A stretch of DNA of 61,083 nt, from positions 1 through 61,083 of the forward strand of contig QIKW01000270.1 of NCBI GenBank assembly GCA_003231975.1, written 5' to 3'. The position numbers and the translations under genes were made by a program. The notes below the pieces were generated by a model, which saw only the letters and a program-made list of their open reading frames with translations, was not told the origin of the DNA and made no database searches. The stretch's first letter is position 1. The number at the start of each line of letters is the position of its first letter. Shown here piece after piece: positions 55,112 through 61,083 of this stretch. The stretch is from Acidimicrobiia bacterium (GTDB taxonomy: Bacteria; Actinomycetota; Acidimicrobiia; Acidimicrobiales; SZUA-35).

Positions 55112-56524
55112 TTACTGCGTGGGGTAGCCGTCGTTTGCTGCGATGTCAGCATCGATCTCGGCGACGGCCTTGTCGAGGGTTTCCTGAACATCTGCACCCG
55201 CAACGATGTCTGCAAGTGCGTCGGAGAAGGCGTCTCGAATGGCTCCGTATGCCGGGGTTGCCGGGCGAGGGAACGCAATGTCGGGAGCTGCCTCAAGATT
55301 CAGAACATAGAGGTAGCGGTCTCCCCCAGGCTGGAAAGTTGGGTCGGCGGCCAGAACCGAGCGCAGTGCGGGAACCGCGCTCTCAGCGTCGGCAATGATC
55401 TTGACCTGCTCGGGGCTGGTTACAAATTCGATGAAGGCCCAGACTGCGTCGGGATCTGCATCACCTGTAGCCATTGCGTAGTTCCAAGAGCCCATTCCAG
55501 CTTTGGATCCGGTACCGAAGTCTGGCAGCGGAACCAGGACGAGGTCGTCACCAAGGGCTTCTTTGTAGGCTCCGTACATCCAGTGACCAACCCAAGACAG
55601 TGGCACATCGCCTTCGATGAACGGGGTGTCGTCGACAGCTTCCAGATCGAGCAGACCATCTTGGGCCCAGGTCTGGAAAGTGGTCATGGCGGCAACAGCT
55701 TCAGGACCGTTGAGGGCCCCTTCGGCGCTCTGGAAGTCGGAGCGGTTGATTATGTCGCCACCGGCTGACTGGATGATGGGGGCGAATCCGTATGGCCGCC
55801 ACTCGCCTGCCCCGTAGAACCACTTGATGTCGAGGGGAGAGCTAATTCCGCTGTCTTGCAGAGTTCGGAGGATGGTGTCGAACTCATCAACGGTCCAAGC
55901 ATCTTCAGAAGTCTCGGGGATGCGGATGTCGTTCGCCTCAAGAACTGACCTCTTGGCCCAGATTCCCATTCCCGAGTCGAACGCTCCTAGTGAGTAGAGC
56001 TCTCCGTTGTATGTGCCCTGGCTGATTATGGATGGCAGGAAGTCATCAAGTGACCCGTCTGGCACGCAGTTTCCAAGGGGCTGCACAAAGCCGTTCCAGG
56101 CAAAGTTGTAAAGGAACGGGCCATCCATGTCGATGATGTCGGGAAGGTCGCCGGATGCGGCGGCGGCCACGATGAAGTCTTCATAGCCTGCCTCGCCTAG
56201 ATCGATAAGTTCAACAGTTACGCCAAGTTCAGTGCCAGGCCCGGCGTTGAAGTCGGCAACAGCACCTGTGTAGGCGTCGCCAGAGCCGTGAGATGTGAGG
56301 GTCAAAGTTACCGGGCCATCAATGTTGCCGTCGCATGGGGCTGCGGCATCACCGCCAGCTGCTTCTTCAGATCCAGATCCTTCTTCAGATCCAGATCCTT
56401 CTTCAGATCCGGCTCCTTCGCCATCACCGTCGTCGCCTCCGCAGGCGGCAGCCAGCAAAGTGAAGGCGAACAGAATCGCCAACAGACGTGAGAACTTTCG
56501 AGGGGCATGTGACATGTCGGGCAT
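55112..56524 (-). CDS. CUT1-family ABC solute-binding lipoprotein with a (GSEE)n linker
   Basis: Lipobox LAAAC, then GSEEGSGSEEGSGSEE, then an SBP_bac_1-like body. Confidence 0.9.
   Translation of the reverse strand: MPDMSHAPRKFSRLLAILFAFTLLAAACGGDDGDGEGAGSEEGSGSEEGSGSEEAAGGDAAAPCDGNIDGPVTLTLTSHGSGDAYTGAVADFNAGPGTELGVTVELIDLGEAGYEDFIVAAAASGDLPDIIDMDGPFLYNFAWNGFVQPLGNCVPDGSLDDFLPSIISQGTYNGELYSLGAFDSGMGIWAKRSVLEANDIRIPETSEDAWTVDEFDTILRTLQDSGISSPLDIKWFYGAGEWRPYGFAPIIQSAGGDIINRSDFQSAEGALNGPEAVAAMTTFQTWAQDGLLDLEAVDDTPFIEGDVPLSWVGHWMYGAYKEALGDDLVLVPLPDFGTGSKAGMGSWNYAMATGDADPDAVWAFIEFVTSPEQVKIIADAESAVPALRSVLAADPTFQPGGDRYLYVLNLEAAPDIAFPRPATPAYGAIRDAFSDALADIVAGADVQETLDKAVAEIDADIAANDGYPTQ
56363..56416 (-). 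repeat. 18-nt coding tandem repeat x3 (encodes GSGSEE)
   Basis: Units at 56363 and 56381 (identical) and 56399 (3 mismatches). Confidence 0.9.
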
Positions 56525-56647
56525 CCTTCTCCGGGGCTGAAAGCGCTTACAGCCCAGCGCTGAAACCCTACGCGTGAAATGCCTCTTGCGTCAACCAACT
56601 TGAGGATTCTGGCCCAAAAAGGTCTGATCCAAGGCCAAATCCGTGCC

Positions 56648-58201
56648 CTAATTTCTCACTTCTGCCAGGAACCAACGGCTTCCCGGCGCGGCAAACCCGG
56701 ATTCGGCGGGGCCGCCTGCGGTGGGGTCGATAGCACCAGTGCCCTGAACCAGGGCAAGTACAAACCCGCCTCCGATTGCTATCTCCACAAACGAACTGCT
56801 TGGAGTCCCGAAAGCTTCGGTGGTTGGCTGCCAACCCCAACTGGCCCCGTCCGGCGACCAGCCGAGCCACGTTTCGGGAGAGCCCTCAACGTAAGGCTCG
56901 GCGTCGAGGGGACCCTCAAGCTCAGGCGTGGCCTGGGCCACCAACGCAAGTCCGGCAACGCCTGCCTCAATTGGGCCAAACGGACTCAGGCCCGCGAACT
57001 CTGCTGCAACCTCCCAATCGGCGTCCTCGGCAACCTTCTGTATGGCTAGGCCGTCGTTCACCTGCCACGACACCACCCAGGCTTCGCTGCCTCGAGCCGA
57101 GGGGGGAAAAATCGCGTCACCGGGCGTAGAAGCGGGTTCCCACCCTCGCCCATCAGAAGAGAAAATCGTGTTTGTCTCAGCGAGGTCTGCCCGTCCGCCG
57201 AACACGTTGACAAAGAACTGTGACTCTGTTGCAACCAGGGCCGCATCAGACCCGGTGACGGTAAGAACCAGTTCAAATTCGTCTCCCTCGCTCAAATAGA
57301 TGTCTGTGGTCTCAAACATTCCCTCGGCAAAGCCCGCAGCCCCTTCGCCAGCAGAGAGCTGCTCCGCGGTCTCAATCTCAGCCAGTCCCGTCTCCTCATC
57401 GACCCGGGTTGCCAAAACCACCACTCTGTCTCCTGAGACGGCTGCGGCCTGGATGTACGCCGAGCCGGAAACGACGGACTCATCAGCCCGAGGCCTTGCG
57501 CCAAGATCAATCGACAGCCGATCCCACGACTCGCCTTGATCGCTGCTGAGGTAAACATCCTGTTGCTCAATGTCCCTGCCTCCCGGGAAACCAACGACGA
57601 CCCATGTGGGCCCGGCGACCGAGAACGCCGCAACCTCCGCCGGGGGCGCATTGACGTTGGACCAGTTGCGTCCGTCGCTTGTGATCATCAGCTGCTGGCC
57701 GCCATCGTCGCTCCAATTGATGCCGACAACCCGACCATCAGAAGTTGGCTGCGCTGTCCATCCTTCTATGGGAGGCGCCGGAATTTCCACCCAATCCAAT
57801 ACTGGGCCATTCGGAGTGGGCGGCACCCAGAGGCCCGCACCGTCCAAGCCGTCGCTGCCAGCCTCCAAGCCCGATCCGTCTGCCATCTGACTTTGCGAGG
57901 CCACAACCACCCGTTGCCCGCTCGGCGGAGGCAGCGCGTTCCAAACTGCCTGGCCCCCGGCGAAGATTGCGACGGCGGCAGCCAGGCTGCCCACCGCCCG
58001 TCGGGCGCGGCGAGCTTTTGACTGCGCCTCGGCCCGTTCAACAATCAACGAAATCGCGGGCTTGGTCAGCCTGCCGTCAGTGGCGTTGTCGACCGTTCGG
58101 GTGACTGCCCGACCCAACTTCGCGCCCAACGCCTGATCGAATCCTGCTGGTTCATCCCGGCCTGGCTCTGCTTGCCTTGGCCCTCGTCGGCGGCGGCTCA
58201 T
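56648..58201 (-). CDS. Putative single-pass anti-sigma factor with an extracytoplasmic Asp-box (BNR) repeat domain
   Basis: 4-nt overlap with the upstream ECF sigma gene. TM helix AVGSLAAAVAIFAGG. Asp-boxes SSDQGESW, TSDGRNW and SSDGRGW. Confidence 0.6.
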   Translation of the reverse strand: MSRRRRGPRQAEPGRDEPAGFDQALGAKLGRAVTRTVDNATDGRLTKPAISLIVERAEAQSKARRARRAVGSLAAAVAIFAGGQAVWNALPPPSGQRVVVASQSQMADGSGLEAGSDGLDGAGLWVPPTPNGPVLDWVEIPAPPIEGWTAQPTSDGRVVGINWSDDGGQQLMITSDGRNWSNVNAPPAEVAAFSVAGPTWVVVGFPGGRDIEQQDVYLSSDQGESWDRLSIDLGARPRADESVVSGSAYIQAAAVSGDRVVVLATRVDEETGLAEIETAEQLSAGEGAAGFAEGMFETTDIYLSEGDEFELVLTVTGSDAALVATESQFFVNVFGGRADLAETNTIFSSDGRGWEPASTPGDAIFPPSARGSEAWVVSWQVNDGLAIQKVAEDADWEVAAEFAGLSPFGPIEAGVAGLALVAQATPELEGPLDAEPYVEGSPETWLGWSPDGASWGWQPTTEAFGTPSSSFVEIAIGGGFVLALVQGTGAIDPTAGGPAESGFAAPGSRWFLAEVRN

Positions 58202-58710
58202 CGGTCGATCTCCTTTCTCAGCTCGGCCAAGGCCCGGGAAATCGTGCTCTTAACGGTGCCCGGCCGGACGCCCATCAACTCTGCAATCTCCTTCTCGGGG
58301 AGGTCGGCGTAGAACCGCAGAACGAGTGCCGTTTTTCTGTTTGGCGACAGCTTCGCCAACGCGTCCACCATGTGATCGCGTTCGTCTGGCCCGGAATCGA
58401 GCGGGCGATCAAGGCCGATCCGTCGCCTCACCTCCCGTTTACGCAACTCACTCCGAGAGCCGTTCACCACTGCCGTTCTGAGGTAACCGCCGGGCTCCTT
58501 CAGGCTGTTCCAGCGATCAAAAACCTTGGTGTAGGCGTCCTGAACGATTTCTTCTGCCTGCTCGGTAGTGTCGACCAGCCCGCGGGCCAGCCGCACCATC
58601 GCGGCGTACTCTGCCTCGTACAGAGCCTCGAACCCGGCAGCCACTGAGGGAGCTTCCACCACTACAGCTTCGCCTGACATCATCACCAACGCAGCTTCCA
58701 TCACTCTCAT
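58198..58710 (-). CDS. ECF-type RNA polymerase sigma factor
   Basis: Region 2 (EEIVQDAYTKVF) and region 4 (LPEKEIAELMGVRPGTVKSTISRAL). Confidence 0.9.
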   Translation of the reverse strand: MRVMEAALVMMSGEAVVVEAPSVAAGFEALYEAEYAAMVRLARGLVDTTEQAEEIVQDAYTKVFDRWNSLKEPGGYLRTAVVNGSRSELRKREVRRRIGLDRPLDSGPDERDHMVDALAKLSPNRKTALVLRFYADLPEKEIAELMGVRPGTVKSTISRALAELRKEIDR

Positions 58711-58752
58711 CGACGCCCAGCAGGCCGGTTTGGTTCCCCGGTCGAACAGTCG

Positions 58753-59721
58753 TCAGAGGTCGATCAGCACCCCGACGCTCGATGCTTGCGCCAGGTCATA
58801 GACCAAACGGGCGGCCGCAATGTCCTGAACGGCATGACCGGTGCTCTTGTAGACGGTGATCTGATCTGAGCCAGTTCGGCCGCCGTCGCCACTGGCAATT
58901 AAGGCACCCAGTTCGGTCACAGAGTCTGGCAACACATGCTGAATCTCTGCCGCTCCCGCCGGTGGCTCTGTTGTAACCGCTCCGAGGTGATCAACAACCA
59001 GCGGCCCAACCCCAACCAGGCCGACCGGTAGCTCGGCCTGGGAACCTACCGAACTGACGTGGCAGCCAGGGCCCACCCAAGCCGGGTCGATCACAGCTTC
59101 AGCAGCGTGAGTGCACAGAGCAACGACGTCTGCCCCTCGCACTGCCTCCTCGAACCCATTGAAGTTGGCAACGGTTACCTTTGGAGTGAAGGCGGTGCGC
59201 GCCTGGGCGGCCAGCACGGTTGCCGAGTTGCGGTTGCGGCTGACAACCCGTACCTCTTGCCAATCTCGGAGTGCCCCAAACGCTTCCACATGAGCCTTTC
59301 CCTGGGCTCCGGCACCAACGATTGTGAGCACCGATGCGTCGGCTCGGGCCAGAAGGTCAGTGGCGATGGCAGCTGCCATTGCGGTGCGATCCTCGGTGAT
59401 CTTCTCGGCGTCCAACAACGCCAGGGGCATCCCCGTAGCCACGTCGAAGTAGACGATCACCCCCATGTGAGAAGGGAGGCCGACGTTGCCGGGAAAGATC
59501 GAAACGATTTTGGTTGCCAGGCCAACGCCATCCAGGTAGCCCGGCATGGCCGCCACCATGCCGTTCGGCGCGGCCGCAGCAATCCGGGGCGGGACGTTCG
59601 CCTTGCCGCCAGCTTGGGCGACGAGGGCAACCTCAAGCGCAGACCGCAGCTGCCCCGGCTCCAGCAGTTCGCTTACCTGAGCGGCGTTGATGACTCTCAG
59701 CGTTGGCATCATGACATTCAA
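58753..59721 (-). CDS. Ornithine cyclodeaminase / mu-crystallin family protein
   Basis: Family-like length and Rossmann motif TIVGAGAQGKAHVEAF. Confidence 0.8.
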   Translation of the reverse strand: MNVMMPTLRVINAAQVSELLEPGQLRSALEVALVAQAGGKANVPPRIAAAAPNGMVAAMPGYLDGVGLATKIVSIFPGNVGLPSHMGVIVYFDVATGMPLALLDAEKITEDRTAMAAAIATDLLARADASVLTIVGAGAQGKAHVEAFGALRDWQEVRVVSRNRNSATVLAAQARTAFTPKVTVANFNGFEEAVRGADVVALCTHAAEAVIDPAWVGPGCHVSSVGSQAELPVGLVGVGPLVVDHLGAVTTEPPAGAAEIQHVLPDSVTELGALIASGDGGRTGSDQITVYKSTGHAVQDIAAARLVYDLAQASSVGVLIDL

Positions 59722-59790
59722 GCAGCTCCCGAGCGGGACCGACCAGCCAACGATCTGACCGAGCGAGGTAACTTGAGCCAGGATGAGGGA

Positions 59791-60999
59791 ATGAACGGCA
59801 TGGACCCAGCAAGGCTGGCCCGAATAGACAACTTCATCGCAGGCGCCTACCTAGATACGAAGCGCTACCCCGGTTTCTCCTTTCTGGTCAGTCGAGGCGG
59901 CCAGATAGTTCATCGTTCAGATCAGGGCTACGAGGCAAACTCCATATTCCGCATCTACTCAATGTCGAAACCAATCACCTCGGTTGCTCTCCTCCAACTC
60001 TACGAACAAGGGCACTTCCAGCTGACCGATCCGGTTTCCCGGTTCATCCCCGAGTGGGCAGACCTGAGGGTCTGGGTCGACGGCACCCCAGCCAGCTATA
60101 CCACCAAGGCGCCCGAGCGGCCAATGGAAATTAGAGACCTGCTGACACACACGGCGGGGCTCACCTATAGCTGGATGTACCGTCACCCGGTCGACTCGAT
60201 CTATCGCCGGAGAGGAATTGATCGTCTCGCAGGCAACTCGTTGGCCCAGATGTGTGAGCTGCTGGCCGACGCTCCCCTGCTCTTTTCGCCTGGATCCGAA
60301 TGGAGCTACAGCGTGGCCACCGATGTGTGCGGACACCTGATAGAGGTGATAAGCGGCCAGAGTCTCGACGCCTACCTCAAAGAACACATCCTTGATCCGC
60401 TGCGCATGGCAGACACCGGCTTCTTTGTGGAAGACGCCAAGGCCGACCGATTCGCCAACTGCTACGCCGTGCCTTCGTTGTCACCCTTCGGTCTCCCCGA
60501 CGGAGCTTCGGGAGACGACATGGTCGAGGTTGACAGCACCAGCCCGGACAGCCCCTTTCGCAGCCACCCGACATTCCTTTCCGGAGGCGGCGGCTTGGTT
60601 TCAACCATGGATGATTACCACCGGTTCTGCCTCATGCTCCTTGGAGGGGGCACGCTTGACGGGGCCAGGATTCTTGGCAGGAAAACCATCCAGTTCGCCA
60701 CGCAGAACCATCTCGCCACAGGCGGCGACCTCGCATCGATGGGCCAACCGGTTTTCAGCGAGACAAGGTACGACGGAATCGGGTTCGGACTGGGGTTCTC
60801 CGTGGTTCTCGACACGTCACAAGCAGCGGTGATTGGCTCTCCGGGCAGCTATGCATGGGGCGGCGCGGCCTCAACCCTGTTCTGGATCGACCCTGCCGAA
60901 GAGCTCATTGTGATTGGCATGACCCAGCTGATGCCGTCGGCGGCCTACCCGATCCGAGACGAACTCAAGCCTCAGGTTTATGCCGCTCTTGTCGACTGA
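59791..60999 (+). CDS. Serine hydrolase, beta-lactamase/transpeptidase-like (class C/esterase family)
   Basis: SMSK (SxxK) motif. ATG 59791 follows GAGGGA. The longer ORF from 59059 is antisense to the cyclodeaminase gene. Confidence 0.85.
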   Translation: MNGMDPARLARIDNFIAGAYLDTKRYPGFSFLVSRGGQIVHRSDQGYEANSIFRIYSMSKPITSVALLQLYEQGHFQLTDPVSRFIPEWADLRVWVDGTPASYTTKAPERPMEIRDLLTHTAGLTYSWMYRHPVDSIYRRRGIDRLAGNSLAQMCELLADAPLLFSPGSEWSYSVATDVCGHLIEVISGQSLDAYLKEHILDPLRMADTGFFVEDAKADRFANCYAVPSLSPFGLPDGASGDDMVEVDSTSPDSPFRSHPTFLSGGGGLVSTMDDYHRFCLMLLGGGTLDGARILGRKTIQFATQNHLATGGDLASMGQPVFSETRYDGIGFGLGFSVVLDTSQAAVIGSPGSYAWGGAASTLFWIDPAEELIVIGMTQLMPSAAYPIRDELKPQVYAALVD

Positions 61000-61038
61000 C
61001 GGTCTCGCCGTTCTTCGGTCCTCACAGGGAGCTAACGG

Positions 61039-61083
61039 ATGAACATTGCGGGCCATGTGGCCATAGCCCTGCACCTCGATGGC
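61039..61083 (+). CDS. 5' end of an unidentified CDS (MNIAGHVAIALHLDG...), truncated by the window edge
   Basis: ATG preceded by AGGGAG at suitable spacing. Only 15 codons are visible. Confidence 0.25.
   Translation, partial: MNIAGHVAIALHLDG

Noticed and set aside
59059-59790. 5' 244 codons of the 646-aa ORF 59059..60999
   Set aside because: This part is antisense to the well-supported cyclodeaminase gene and has Arg/Gly/His-rich junk composition. The recognisable serine hydrolase begins at ATG 59791 with its own SD.
1-61083. Mobile elements, prophage, defence systems and RNA genes
   Set aside because: I recognised no transposase, integrase, recombinase, phage-structural, restriction/Cas-like or reverse-transcriptase translation in any frame. 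I saw no tRNA-like cloverleaf or rRNA segment. The only rearrangement signal is the truncated HpaB junction.

Overview
This is a 61.1-kb, high-GC, densely packed chromosomal segment of about 55 genes, many with 1-4 nt start/stop overlaps. It looks actinobacterial by inference: a LAxTG sorting signal, the aa3 oxidase gene order, lipoproteins with acidic linkers, and CUT1 importers that lack their own ATPase.

Gene blocks, left to right:
1. A PknB-like Ser/Thr kinase that runs off the left edge and is missing from the ORF track.
2. The aa3 oxidase operon ctaC-ctaD-subunit IV-ctaE plus ctaB, with two unusual cupredoxin lipoproteins that carry metal-ligand-rich repeat inserts.
3. A BlaR1-like/BlaI-like pair.
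4. LigU/LigK/LigJ-type lower protocatechuate 4,5-cleavage genes beside a Liv-type ABC importer.
5. A Rieske oxygenase, a glutamine-synthetase-like ligase and a 3'-truncated HpaB remnant.
6. A CUT1 ABC importer.
7. An 8-gene translationally coupled operon (3 glycosyltransferases, an MsbA-like exporter, 2 APH-fold kinases, an ECF sigma). A repeat- and palindrome-rich leader and a NarL-type two-component system lie upstream.
8. An envelope redox/copper island: MsrQ-like and unknown polytopic proteins, two TlpA/ResA paralogs, and a Tat-lipoprotein multicopper oxidase.
9. A 2873-aa LAFTG-anchored surface protein.
10. A second CUT1 importer, an ECF sigma/anti-sigma pair, an ornithine cyclodeaminase and a serine hydrolase.

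The strongest lead is a TlpA-like gene (40363..40926) whose in-frame TGA falls exactly on the first Cys of the WCxxC motif and is followed by a hairpin. It is a candidate selenoprotein.

I recognised no rRNA, tRNA, CRISPR array, transposase or integrase by eye. All functional calls rest on motif and family recognition from the translations. No database search was possible.
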